A stretch of 64,000 bases of DNA from a virus. Location of the stretch: positions 2,975 to 66,974 of the IMG/VR virus record IMGVR_UViG_3300032360_000003. One strand, given 5' to 3'. The notes below the pieces were generated by a model, which worked only from the letters and a program-made list of their open reading frames with translations, was not told the DNA's origin and did not search any database. Of this stretch, positions 38,029 through 48,014 are shown piece after piece (positions within the stretch are counted from its first letter, which is position 1; every line of letters begins with the position of its first letter). Both the position numbers and the translations under genes were made by a program.

Positions 38029-38235
38029 GTGCAAGGCAATCTACAACGTAGATGCATATGGTTGGGAACAATGGCTCAAAACCTATTCTGGTATAGGAAA
38101 ATAAATGCGTTTTATTGATTATGTACTTTTGCGAACTAGATTAGGTTTGTGGTTTTTTAAAAGTTTTTTGTGTGTTTTGTATGACGTATTTTTTATGATA
38201 GGTTTTTTAAGAACTAGAATAAAGAGGTTTTTTAG

Positions 38236-39258
38236 ATGAAAACTGTAGTGTTTTCTTTTGGTAGATTCAACCCGCCGACTGTAGGTCATGAAAAATTGAT
38301 CAAGAAAGTTGAGAGTGTTGCCGAACAGAATAAGGCTGATTTCTATATCTATCCTAGTTGGTCGCAAAGTCCAGATAAAGATCCTTTACCTCATGAAGTG
38401 AAATTTAAATATATGAAAAAGGCATTTCCTAAATATGTTAAGAACATCATATCCAATAAAAAGTGCAAGACAGCAATTCATATATTAACCAAATTATATG
38501 ATGCTGGTTATGAAAAGGTGATGATGGTAGTTGGGTCGGATAGGATTTCAGAATTTGATAGGCTTTTGAATAAATATAATGGGAAGAAAGCAGTACATGG
38601 TTTTTATGATTTTTCTAATGGAATAGAAATCGTATCTGCTGGTGAAAGAGATCCAGATGCTCAGGGTGTAGAAGGTATGTCGGCATCCAAAATGAGAAAG
38701 GCTGTAGTAGATGGTGATCTCGATAGTTTTAAAAGTGGAGTACCAAATATGTCAGATTCAGATAAGGAAAAGTTGTACAACGATGTGCGAAAATGGATGA
38801 ATGTCAAAGAACAAGTCCAAGAAAGAACGCTGACATCTGACGAAAATAAAAGGTTAGAAAAATATGTATTGAAGTTAAAAAAGAAAACAGCAGAATTTAA
38901 AAAGAATTATGGCGATAAATGGAAAGAAGTAATGTATGCAATCGCTACCAAATTAGCCAAAGGGGAAAGTATGAAAACCGAAAAAAGAACTTTCAAATCT
39001 TTCAAAGAATTTGCACAAAGTTTAGATATAGTAGAAGACACAGCAAATTTTGATGTAATTGATGATTCAAATACATTGAAGCAAGCTAAAAAGATGGTCA
39101 AACAAGTCAAAGACTCTGGCGGTATTGTATGGGTCGATTTAACGTCTGATAAACCAAACGTAAATCAATCATCAACAAAAGAAGAATTTGAGTCTGATGC
39201 GGGGGGTGATGGTGCAGTAGACAAGGGTGAAGTATTCATAGTTTATAAAAATTTGTAA
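38236..39258 (+). CDS. HxGH-class cytidylyl/nucleotidyltransferase with C-terminal extensions
   Basis: FGRFNPPTVGH, VVGSDR, SAGERDPD, MSASKMR. Confidence 0.88.
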   Translation: MKTVVFSFGRFNPPTVGHEKLIKKVESVAEQNKADFYIYPSWSQSPDKDPLPHEVKFKYMKKAFPKYVKNIISNKKCKTAIHILTKLYDAGYEKVMMVVGSDRISEFDRLLNKYNGKKAVHGFYDFSNGIEIVSAGERDPDAQGVEGMSASKMRKAVVDGDLDSFKSGVPNMSDSDKEKLYNDVRKWMNVKEQVQERTLTSDENKRLEKYVLKLKKKTAEFKKNYGDKWKEVMYAIATKLAKGESMKTEKRTFKSFKEFAQSLDIVEDTANFDVIDDSNTLKQAKKMVKQVKDSGGIVWVDLTSDKPNVNQSSTKEEFESDAGGDGAVDKGEVFIVYKNL

Positions 39259-39310
39259 ATGTACAGTAACCTAAGGCGTAGGTGCAGGTTGCGATTCAAT
39301 AGAAAATGGA

Positions 39311-39916
39311 GTGATTATGGTTATCGGATTAAGTGGAAAGATAAGGTCTGGAAAGTCCAGAGTGGCAAAAATCTTCAAAGAGGCATTAGAAGAAAATGGA
39401 AAGACGTGCGAGATAAAGAGTTTTGCGAGTCCAATATATGAAATAGTTTCTAAATTATATAGAAGCAATAAAGAAGAAATACAAAGGGATAAAAGAGACA
39501 ACATTCCAATATACATTCATACTAGGAAGTCTAATAGCGGATTGATTTTATCCAATTATCGTGAAATTCTTCAAACAATTGGTACTACAGCTAGAGATTG
39601 TGGCGATGAGAATGTTTGGGTAAATTCCCTTTTTGGTTGTGATAATGAAAAGATTATGGGTGAATTCACTTGGGCTACAGATTATTGGATTATTGATGAT
39701 GTAAGATTTCCAAATGAAGCACAAAGGATTCTTGATTGCAATGGTAAACTGATACGAATAAATCGACCAGATGCCGAGGACAATAAACACGTTATAGAAA
39801 ATTCTTTGAATGATTGGGATAAATGGGATTTAGTTATTGAAAATAATCATAAATCAAAGAAAAAGAGAAACAAGGAATTAACAAAAATAGTCGAGGACTT
39901 TTTAAAAGGAGAATAA
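39311..39916 (+). CDS. Deoxynucleoside monophosphate kinase (T4 gp1-like)
   Basis: GLSGKIRSGKS, SFASPI, REILQTIGT, DDVRFPNE. Confidence 0.88.
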   Translation: MIMVIGLSGKIRSGKSRVAKIFKEALEENGKTCEIKSFASPIYEIVSKLYRSNKEEIQRDKRDNIPIYIHTRKSNSGLILSNYREILQTIGTTARDCGDENVWVNSLFGCDNEKIMGEFTWATDYWIIDDVRFPNEAQRILDCNGKLIRINRPDAEDNKHVIENSLNDWDKWDLVIENNHKSKKKRNKELTKIVEDFLKGE

Positions 39917-39918
39917 AA

Positions 39919-40200
39919 ATGGATGATAACCCATTTGTACAAGCACATGATCCCGATCTGGTGGATAAAATACGAAAGATTCTATCAGGGCCACCAAAAG
40001 AGGATGAAAAAAAAGAGCAAAAAGAAAAGGTTGATGGACGTACTAAGGTATATAAAACTACATCAACCAGATTAACAGATGGAAAGCGTAGATCAAAAGT
40101 CAATACATCATTTGATGGTCGAACCAAAGCATATAGGGAAACCGTAAAGCGTATTGAAGCACGCCGAACCAAAAAAGCTGAGAAATCAGAAGAAGACTAA
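39919..40200 (+). CDS. Hypothetical basic protein with two DGRTK repeats
   Basis: VDGRTKVYK / FDGRTKAYR; AGGAG SD. Confidence 0.6.
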   Translation: MDDNPFVQAHDPDLVDKIRKILSGPPKEDEKKEQKEKVDGRTKVYKTTSTRLTDGKRRSKVNTSFDGRTKAYRETVKRIEARRTKKAEKSEED

Positions 40201-40222
40201 ATAATACAAAAGGAGAACAATC

Positions 40223-41182
40223 ATGAGTTTATGGGGAAATGTGGATAAATCAACACTGACAGGTACAGTAACAGTTGCCGGCAACAGTGCTACGGTCACT
40301 GGATCTGGTACATCGTTTACTGACGAAATTGATGTTGGTGATTTACTTATGGTTACGACAGACACCACTGCTAATAGAGTAAAGTCTATTACTAGTGATA
40401 CTGTATTAACTTTGACTGCTAATTATGCAGGGGCCGATGCTGGTGCTAGTAAAGCAGTCCATAAAAGAGAAACACCAAGAAATCTATCTATTTCAGATTC
40501 TAATGCTATTTTTGGAGTTACTACTGCTGAAACGACAGGTGGTGAAGGTATTATTGTTTCAATGTCTGTAGATAGTGGCGGAACTGGATATGCATCTGCA
40601 CCAACCGTTACTGTCGCATCTGGTGCTGGAGCTGGTACTGCGGTTGTTAGTGCAACAACAGGAAAAGTTACATCAATTACTATAACAAATCAGGGAGCAA
40701 GTTATGATCCTGCACCGGCACTTGCGATTACAGCACCTGTAGCAAAAACTTTTAATGGTGCTAGTGCAGTTGATCCAGCAACGGATCAAATTACGGTTAC
40801 AGGACATAAAATGGAAACTGGTGATGAAGTAACTTTGGCTAGTAGTAATACACTTCCTACAGGACTATCTGCAGGAACTTATTATGTGATTTTTGTGGAT
40901 GCTAATAATATAAAATTAGCATCAAATGTTGACAATGCTAATAGTGGTATTGCAGTTGACATTACAGTTGACGGTTCTGGAAATAGTACTCTTACTGGTG
41001 TTACAGCAACAGCTGTGGCGACGTTGGGTTCTGGCTCACCTGCAACTGTTCAACATCCAGGCTGGGTCAAGAGAACTGTTGGAACAGGCGGTCGTGCTGG
41101 TCGGATTCAATATGAAACATTGGTAGCAATGAGTTCAATTACAGGTGAAGCAGAAGGGTCTATAGACGAATTTCCCGAATAA
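40223..41182 (+). CDS. Virion structural protein
   Basis: MSLWG...HPGWV..GGRAGRIQYETLVAM; Thr/Gly/Ala-rich beta domains. Confidence 0.75.
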   Translation: MSLWGNVDKSTLTGTVTVAGNSATVTGSGTSFTDEIDVGDLLMVTTDTTANRVKSITSDTVLTLTANYAGADAGASKAVHKRETPRNLSISDSNAIFGVTTAETTGGEGIIVSMSVDSGGTGYASAPTVTVASGAGAGTAVVSATTGKVTSITITNQGASYDPAPALAITAPVAKTFNGASAVDPATDQITVTGHKMETGDEVTLASSNTLPTGLSAGTYYVIFVDANNIKLASNVDNANSGIAVDITVDGSGNSTLTGVTATAVATLGSGSPATVQHPGWVKRTVGTGGRAGRIQYETLVAMSSITGEAEGSIDEFPE

Positions 41183-41200
41183 TTAAATTAAAGGTTTGTT

Positions 41201-41593
41201 ATGTTTGATGTGATTAATGATGACAATTTTTTCTTGTACGCAGCGAAGAATTATGATAATCCTTCCTGTACAGGACTAGATGACTTTTATGAAGATCTTA
41301 ATCACATTAAATATATCAAGCGTTTATTCAATAGGTATGAAAACAAGGGAGAATTGAAGGACGGTCTAATAACCAATCACCTTCTCACTCTCTATAATAT
41401 ATTTGGAAATAGTACAACTACCATTTTGTTTTTTAAGTTGGAAGAATCCTATTGGTCACTATTAAAAACGTTTTTAGTAGGTTTGAATAGATTGCCTGAC
41501 GTAGTTCATGGATTGGAGCAGGGTGAAATTAATACTGTAGACATACCGTTAAATCAAGAAGTTATAAAAAGGTTAAGAATACGATGGGAATAA
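41201..41593 (+). CDS. Conserved T4-like hypothetical protein
   Basis: LYAAKNYDNP.C...FYEDL..IKYIKRLF. Confidence 0.75.
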   Translation: MFDVINDDNFFLYAAKNYDNPSCTGLDDFYEDLNHIKYIKRLFNRYENKGELKDGLITNHLLTLYNIFGNSTTTILFFKLEESYWSLLKTFLVGLNRLPDVVHGLEQGEINTVDIPLNQEVIKRLRIRWE

Positions 41594-42102
41594 TATCAAC
41601 TGGAGTAGATTATTATTTGGTGTTCAGATTTATCAAGGCTCTAGTCCAACCTTTCAACAAGACAAAAGCTTATAAGCTTGGAATTATTGATGATGAAGGT
41701 AATATATTGAAAAAGAAGCGAGAGTTGAGTGGTACTGCTGAAAAGAAAGCTTATGGTTATTTTGAGAGGATGGTATGGAATCTGAAAAAGTTGATAATGA
41801 AAGTACCTATAATTGGTAAGAGTCTTGGGAGCTTTGCAGCTGCATCTTATATGTTCTTCAAAGAAGAATATGATGACAGTGAGATAAATGTCCTAAGAGA
41901 AAAAACCTTCTTAAAATTTGTATGGGAAGATTTAGAAACCAGTGCAAAAAACTATTTAAGTGAAGTAGCACCATCAACAAGTATCAGTAGTGGTGGCATA
42001 CCTAGCTTAACTGATCCTTCAATAGTATCAAAAGCAGCACAGAAAAAGTTAATTCGGCGTAACAAAAAGAAAAAGAAAAAGAAATCGGGTCAGGTAAATT
42101 AA
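41584..42102 (+). CDS. Conserved T4-like hypothetical protein
   Basis: FRFIKALVQPF..TKAYKLGIID..G..LKK. Confidence 0.7.
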   Translation: MGIISTGVDYYLVFRFIKALVQPFNKTKAYKLGIIDDEGNILKKKRELSGTAEKKAYGYFERMVWNLKKLIMKVPIIGKSLGSFAAASYMFFKEEYDDSEINVLREKTFLKFVWEDLETSAKNYLSEVAPSTSISSGGIPSLTDPSIVSKAAQKKLIRRNKKKKKKKSGQVN

Positions 42103-42351
42103 ATGTCATTGGAACAAGAAAAAATCGAATTTAGTAAAGTTTTAGCAGAGCGTATTGGAGCAGTTAGTGACAGAGTTGACAAACTTTCTGCAACGATGGA
42201 GGAAATGCGAGACAATCATTTATATCATATTGAACTTAGGCTGAAGGAAATAGAAACCACTTTAAAAATCTCTTGGAAGATTATTATATTTGGTGCTAGT
42301 GTTCCTGCATTTGCAAGTGCTATTTTATCTATTTTTCAACTAATGAAATAA
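42103..42351 (+). CDS. Coiled-coil protein with C-terminal TM (holin/XhlA-like?)
   Basis: DNHLYHIE coiled coil followed by a hydrophobic tail. Confidence 0.5.
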   Translation: MSLEQEKIEFSKVLAERIGAVSDRVDKLSATMEEMRDNHLYHIELRLKEIETTLKISWKIIIFGASVPAFASAILSIFQLMK

Positions 42352-42354
42352 GCC

Positions 42355-42383
42355 TTGACAAACTAGTATTTTTATGGTATACT
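42355..42383 (+). promoter_or_regulatory. Sigma70-like promoter
   Basis: GCC-TTGACA-17-TATACT. Confidence 0.8.
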
Positions 42384-42389
42384 ATAGGT

Positions 42390-43406
42390 ATGATACATAT
42401 TGATATTAAATACATAAATACGCTATCCGCACGTCTTAACAAGTTCCAATCAAAGGGTGATTATCTATTTCAATTCCGTTGCCCCTTTTGTGGTGATTCA
42501 AAGAGGAACCCAAATAAGGCTCGTGGATTTTTTTATCGAAAGAATAATGATATGTTTTACAAATGTCATAATTGTGGGATAGGTAAAACAGCATCAACCT
42601 TTATTAAAGATTTTGATCCTGAGTTGCACAAAGAATATGTTATGGAAAGGTTCCGTTCTGGAGAAAATGGATTTTCAAATTACCAAAAACCAAAATTTAA
42701 ATTCGAGCAACCAATTTTCAATATTAACGAATTGGATGATTATATTACTACAGGTGATGTAATACCGATTAATAACTTAGATGATTCGCACGTGGCTAAG
42801 AAGTACCTACAAAGTAGGAAACTACCAAATCTTGATGAGCTTTATTATACAGACGATTTTAGAGAATTTGTAAATAAGCTCCTTCCTAAAAAACATGATG
42901 CTCTTGCTTCTGAAGGTCGTATTATAATTCCATTTTATAGTAGAGAGAAGAATCTCGTTGCACTACAAGGGAGAAATCTAAATGGAAAAGGACTCCGATA
43001 CATTACGATCAAAATTAGGGAAGATTTTCCTAAAATCTATGGGATGGATAAGGTGGATATTAATAAAAGGGTTTATATTCTTGAAGGGCCTTTTGATAGT
43101 ATGTTTCTTCCTAATAGTATCGGTATGGCTGGCTCTGATTGCACTGTTGCTACTGACATTTTTCATAGCGGATTAACTTTCGTTTATGATAATGAATGTA
43201 GGAATAAAGAAATAGTCAATAGAATGGAATCAGTAGTGGAGTTAGGTCATGATATTTTTGTCTGGCCAGATACCATAGAAAAAAAAGATATTAATGAAAT
43301 TTTTTTATTGGGCATGAATACAAAAGAAATATTGAATTTGATAAATAGAAATACCCACAATGGATTGTCTGCAAAGATAGCTATAAATCATTGGAAACGT
43401 TGTTAA
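42390..43406 (+). CDS. gp61: DNA primase
   Basis: FRCPFCGDS...KCHNCG zinc domain, EGPFDS, YDNE, KDIN. Confidence 0.95.
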   Translation: MIHIDIKYINTLSARLNKFQSKGDYLFQFRCPFCGDSKRNPNKARGFFYRKNNDMFYKCHNCGIGKTASTFIKDFDPELHKEYVMERFRSGENGFSNYQKPKFKFEQPIFNINELDDYITTGDVIPINNLDDSHVAKKYLQSRKLPNLDELYYTDDFREFVNKLLPKKHDALASEGRIIIPFYSREKNLVALQGRNLNGKGLRYITIKIREDFPKIYGMDKVDINKRVYILEGPFDSMFLPNSIGMAGSDCTVATDIFHSGLTFVYDNECRNKEIVNRMESVVELGHDIFVWPDTIEKKDINEIFLLGMNTKEILNLINRNTHNGLSAKIAINHWKRC

Positions 43407-43416
43407 GGAGAATAGA

Positions 43417-44127
43417 ATGAAAGGTTTTATGGATTTTTTTGATACTGAGAATATATCTCATATGGATGCATATGGTATAGATAGTGATAATGTGAATTTA
43501 ATCACAGAGGCAGGTTTGGCTAGATTATTACAAAGGGTTGATACAGAAAAGAATGATTTTGTAATGATAACGGCATATAGAGCTGAATATAGTAAAGCAG
43601 AAAATATAAAAAGAAATAGAAACATGAGAAGTGAATGGAATAAGGTCAAATTAGGCCCTTATCAATTGGTCGGTCACTGGCGTGAATGTAGTATAGAAGG
43701 AACACCATATGATGCATGTCCAGAGGATAAGTTAGTTGATGCAATTGAAAGGTCTTATTTAGTGGTAAGAACAGATGAAGTTTCCTCGAAGGATTTTTGG
43801 GAACTTGCAAATAAACTTGGAAAAGAACACAAGCAGGATGCTATTGTCGTAAGGGTTGAAGAATATACAGGAGATGAGACTTGGGTGATAGGTGGAGCTT
43901 ATAATTCAGACAGCCCTACTGTTTTTGAAAGGTATAAAAAGGTATCAATAGGACAAATAGCACAAGGTTGGTCGCAACACGTTAAGAAGATGGATGTTCC
44001 ATTTACTTTTGAAGGTGTTGAAATTCCAGGCAGTAATAGTGGTAGAATGATATTTAGCAGAATAGGTTTGTCATATCCCGTAGGGAAATGGGATGATGCA
44101 CGAAATTGGGAAGATATTTGTGGATAA
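43417..44127 (+). CDS. Conserved phage hypothetical protein
   Basis: EAGLARL, ITAYR..EN..RN, ERSY, QDAI pattern; AAGGAG SD. Confidence 0.6.
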   Translation: MKGFMDFFDTENISHMDAYGIDSDNVNLITEAGLARLLQRVDTEKNDFVMITAYRAEYSKAENIKRNRNMRSEWNKVKLGPYQLVGHWRECSIEGTPYDACPEDKLVDAIERSYLVVRTDEVSSKDFWELANKLGKEHKQDAIVVRVEEYTGDETWVIGGAYNSDSPTVFERYKKVSIGQIAQGWSQHVKKMDVPFTFEGVEIPGSNSGRMIFSRIGLSYPVGKWDDARNWEDICG

Positions 44128-44139
44128 GGAGAATTAGAA

Positions 44140-46134
44140 ATGGAGAAGAATTTAGCAATACTTAGTGATTTGATACATCATATGAAATATGCTAAGTATT
44201 TGCCTGAGAAGAACAGGAGAGAAACATACAAAGAAACGGTTGATAGAAATAAAGAAATGCATTTGGATAGATATCCAGATTTGAAAGGTGGAATTGAGGA
44301 TATTTATAAAGATGTTTATAAAAAGAATGTTATTCCATCTATGAGATCAATGCAATTCGCAGGAGATGCAATAGGTGTAAATCCTTCGCGAATGTTCAAT
44401 TGTTCATACTTACCAGTACAGGATATATTGGCGTTTTCTGAAACAATGTTCCTACTCCTATCGGGGGCGGGAGTGGGATATAGTGTCCAGAGACATCATG
44501 TAGACAAATTACCAGAAATTAGGAAGCCTATAAAATCTCGTAGGTATTTGATACAAGATAGCATTGAAGGTTGGGCTGATGCAATAAAAGTTTTAATGAG
44601 AGCATATTTTGATAATAGGGCACTTCCATTATTTGATTATAGGTCAATACGAGATAAAGGTGCACGATTGGTTATAAGTGGTGGTAAAGCCCCTGGCCCA
44701 GAACCACTTAAAAAGTCATTGAATCAGATTCAAACCATGTTGGATAATAAAAAAGATGGCGAGAAGCTTACTCCACTTGAATGTCATGATATTCAATGTA
44801 TAATTGCAGATGCAGTACTTGCTGGTGGAATTCGTAGGAGTGCACTTATTTCATTGTTTAGTATAGATGATGAAGAAATGATGGGCTGTAAATCAGCCTA
44901 TGATGTACTTGAAGAAGAAATTTTATCAGCTGAAGATGGTGTGTATAATATTCGTGTAAGTGTTTGGAAAAATGAAAAATACTATAAGACTGAAAATGTA
45001 TTTTTGAATGAATCTACTTATACACAGTTCAAAGAAACTGGAAAGATTGAGTGGTATTATTTCTATCCAGAAAGAGCACGTTCTAACAATTCAATTGTAA
45101 TTGCACGGCCATTAATTACTAAGGATCTGTTTGATACAAAATGGGATGTCATCAAGTATTCTGGTTCTGGAGAGCCGGGTATGTACTTTACTAACAATGT
45201 TGAACTTGGGTCAAATCCTTGCTGTGAAATAAGTCTTAATCCATATCAATTCTGTAATTTGACATCTATTAATGTGTCTAATTTAGAATCGCAAGAGGAT
45301 TTGAATAGACGTGCACGTGCAGCTGCTTTCTTGGGTACTTTGCAGGCATCATATACTGATTTTCATTATTTAAGAGCCCAATGGAAAAAGCAAACTGAAA
45401 AGGAAGCACTTCTTGGCGTGTCACTTACAGGTATTGCATCTATAGATGAAAGTGAGTTTGATTTTACCGAAGCGGCATCTGAGGCGGTAAAAGAGAATGA
45501 GCGTGTTGCAAAATTGATTGGTATAAATCCTGCAAAACGAGTGACTTGTATAAAGCCCGAGGGAACAGGATCACTTGTTCTGGGCACATCATCTGGTATC
45601 CATGCATGGCATAATCACTACTATAAAAGGAGAATACGCGTTGGAAAAAACGAAGCCATCTATCAATATCTATTGGAAACATTACCAGAACTTGTTGAAG
45701 ATGAGAAATTCGGGCCTGGGGCGGTCATCACAGTTCCAGTACAGGCTCCTTCACGTGCTAAGATTAGAACAGAAAAAGTCAACGAATTCCTTGATAGGGT
45801 TAAATACTTCACAAACAACTGGGTTAAGCCAGGGCATCAGTATGGAATGAATACTCACAACGTTTCTGCAACAGTTTCTATACAAGAGAAAGATTGGACT
45901 GAAGTTCGTGAGTGGTTGTGGGATAATCAAGATTCTTTTAATGGTCTGTCGTTCTTGCCATATGACACAGGAACTTATGTGCAGGCACCATTTGAAGATA
46001 TAGATGAAAATGAGTATCAGAGGTTTTCTAAATATGTACAAGAGATAAATCTTGAAAATGTTTTGGAGATGGATGATAATACAAACTTGCAAGGAGAATT
46101 AGCATGTGCAGGTGGGGCGTGTGAAATAGTTTAA
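44140..46134 (+). CDS. nrdJ: Class II (B12-dependent) ribonucleotide reductase
   Basis: PSMR, FNCS, RRSA, NPCCEI, KPEGT, C-terminal ACAGGACEI; no beta-subunit gene adjacent. Confidence 0.88.
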   Translation: MEKNLAILSDLIHHMKYAKYLPEKNRRETYKETVDRNKEMHLDRYPDLKGGIEDIYKDVYKKNVIPSMRSMQFAGDAIGVNPSRMFNCSYLPVQDILAFSETMFLLLSGAGVGYSVQRHHVDKLPEIRKPIKSRRYLIQDSIEGWADAIKVLMRAYFDNRALPLFDYRSIRDKGARLVISGGKAPGPEPLKKSLNQIQTMLDNKKDGEKLTPLECHDIQCIIADAVLAGGIRRSALISLFSIDDEEMMGCKSAYDVLEEEILSAEDGVYNIRVSVWKNEKYYKTENVFLNESTYTQFKETGKIEWYYFYPERARSNNSIVIARPLITKDLFDTKWDVIKYSGSGEPGMYFTNNVELGSNPCCEISLNPYQFCNLTSINVSNLESQEDLNRRARAAAFLGTLQASYTDFHYLRAQWKKQTEKEALLGVSLTGIASIDESEFDFTEAASEAVKENERVAKLIGINPAKRVTCIKPEGTGSLVLGTSSGIHAWHNHYYKRRIRVGKNEAIYQYLLETLPELVEDEKFGPGAVITVPVQAPSRAKIRTEKVNEFLDRVKYFTNNWVKPGHQYGMNTHNVSATVSIQEKDWTEVREWLWDNQDSFNGLSFLPYDTGTYVQAPFEDIDENEYQRFSKYVQEINLENVLEMDDNTNLQGELACAGGACEIV

Positions 46135-46254
46135 TGTTTGATGGCGATTTAATTAAAGTATTAGTATGGGCTTCTATATTAACATTTTGTACATTTCAAT
46201 GGTTTTGTGCAGTAGTAGGATTTAAAGAAATAATTAGTTGGATAGGGGGATAAA

Positions 46255-46602
46255 ATGCCAGTATATTACAATGAAGCAGATGCAAGAAAGGATTTCATCG
46301 AAAAGAGAGTAGATGATAATCCAAACATAACAGTCGATACTTCATATTTTTTAACTTGGCTATATGCAGATGAGATGTATGATTCAGTGGCATTCATAGC
46401 ATATGAAGGGTTGATGAATGATCTTATGAAAGAATTCCCAAATACTACTCATTCTGAAGCACTTTCTTCAATTACAGAAGTGTTTGTATCGCGAGAGAGG
46501 GCATGGGCTGATGGTTGGTCTGATTATATAAAAAATAATCCTTTAAGGGTGAAAAAGGAGTTGATGTTAGATTATTATGATCCATCTTTACCTGATTGTT
46601 AG
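46255..46602 (+). CDS. Hypothetical protein
   Basis: AGGGGG SD; continuous ORF. Confidence 0.55.
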   Translation: MPVYYNEADARKDFIEKRVDDNPNITVDTSYFLTWLYADEMYDSVAFIAYEGLMNDLMKEFPNTTHSEALSSITEVFVSRERAWADGWSDYIKNNPLRVKKELMLDYYDPSLPDC

Positions 46603-47164
46603 TTTGTTGACTGCCCAACCATATCAATTTGATGATGTTGGGTACGAATACTATAAGCCAATTATAAGTAACAATTTATTCAGGCCTTTGGGTTGGACTC
46701 TACCAGATAGATCTCCGAAGTATGAATTGATTGCAACGATAATAGGTGAGAATTATGTTAAAGCATATGTGAGGGAAGTAAGAAATGGTAGAGATTATTT
46801 TGTTAGCGTTGGTGACACTATTGGTGATACTATTGTTCAAAAAATTGTTAGAGGGATGGTTCGATTAGATGAAGAAGACATTAAAGGAGAAACTTTTGGA
46901 CTTCTTGATACGTCATCTGCGAAAAGAGCCAAAACTCGGAAAGGAAATAGTACATCTATCAGTGGTGGAACTAGCGCTAAAGTCACTGAAAATAAAAAAG
47001 AGGATACAGGAACTAGACAAAGAACTAATAGCAGAAGAATGAGAGGTGGTGAACAATGGCAAGCACAGATACAACAATTTCAGAACGCATCTCCAGAAGA
47101 AAGGCAAAAGATGATACAGGAATTCCGAAGTCAGGGGAGGAATCGGCGAGGGAGAGGCGATTAA
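46577..47164 (+). CDS. GspC/PilP-like domain protein with Arg-rich tail
   Basis: IISNNLFRPLGW..YELIATII..AYV..YFVSVGDTIG..VQKI..VRL. Confidence 0.5.
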   Translation: MIHLYLIVSLLTAQPYQFDDVGYEYYKPIISNNLFRPLGWTLPDRSPKYELIATIIGENYVKAYVREVRNGRDYFVSVGDTIGDTIVQKIVRGMVRLDEEDIKGETFGLLDTSSAKRAKTRKGNSTSISGGTSAKVTENKKEDTGTRQRTNSRRMRGGEQWQAQIQQFQNASPEERQKMIQEFRSQGRNRRGRGD

Positions 47165-47190
47165 AAAGAAAGGCAGAAGGTGAAGTTAGT

Positions 47191-47484
47191 ATGGATGTAT
47201 TGGAAGAGCAGAATGAACAAGCAATAAATGAGGAACTTTTGAAGTTGATTATGTATAGAAGTCAGAGAAAGTGGTATTCAACTATATCCATAATAGCCAT
47301 TTTTGCGATGATTTTAGTACTAATGATGATATTCATTGCAACAGAAAAAGAAATTAGTGAGGGTTGGAAAGATGTGCTTTTGGTATTAATCGGAGCATTT
47401 GTTGGAAGTTGGTCAAAAGTGATCGATTTTTGGTTCAACAATGCAGAGCAAGATAACACTTTACTGGAGAACGCTAGTGATTAA
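47191..47484 (+). CDS. Two-TM membrane protein (holin-like?)
   Basis: Two hydrophobic helices, LIGAFVGSWSKVIDFWF. Confidence 0.55.
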   Translation: MDVLEEQNEQAINEELLKLIMYRSQRKWYSTISIIAIFAMILVLMMIFIATEKEISEGWKDVLLVLIGAFVGSWSKVIDFWFNNAEQDNTLLENASD

Positions 47485-47725
47485 AGGCATCTGTTTTATG
47501 ATGTGGTTAATCTTTGTTTGTTTGGTGGTAGTTAGTTGTGATTTCGCAGAGAGTGGATTAGTTAAGGAACAGGCAGTCACTTTTGAAGAAGAAATTTCAT
47601 ACAGACAACGGAAGGAGTTGGAATTAGAAAGAAAATTAAAGAAGGCAAACGAAACAATAGCTAAACTGGAAAGGCAATTAGAATGCAAAAACGACTTACC
47701 AGACGAGACAAATGTGAAGCAATAA
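47441..47725 (+). CDS. Putative lipoprotein with coiled coil
   Basis: Hydrophobic stretch ending VVVS-C; true start probably downstream. Confidence 0.45.
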   Translation: MQSKITLYWRTLVIKGICFMMWLIFVCLVVVSCDFAESGLVKEQAVTFEEEISYRQRKELELERKLKKANETIAKLERQLECKNDLPDETNVKQ

Positions 47726-47816
47726 AAAAACTGAAAATAGCATCACCTTTGATTGGTGGTAAATCTGGAATACTATTAAGAGAATATATTAGACAGACCA
47801 CTGGAAAGGGGGGAAA

Positions 47817-48014
47817 TTGAACATTGAGGAAATTACGAAAAAGTTGGGAATTTTAGAGATACAATTGAAACAAGTTTCGAGTTATTATATAGCACCAGAT
47901 AAAGAACACACTTCTACTATGCCAGGCATTGATAATACAGCTATGGTAAATTGGAAGAAAAAACGAATGGAAGAAATAGGAAAAGAGATAGAAAATTTAA
48001 AAATGGAAAAATAA
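47817..48014 (+). CDS. Hypothetical protein
   Basis: GGGGG SD, TTG start. Confidence 0.45.
   Translation: MNIEEITKKLGILEIQLKQVSSYYIAPDKEHTSTMPGIDNTAMVNWKKKRMEEIGKEIENLKMEK

Noticed and set aside
37940-38104. Diversity-generating retroelement VR/TR pair
   Set aside because: The match is short, differences are not adenine-specific, and there is no reverse transcriptase in the window.
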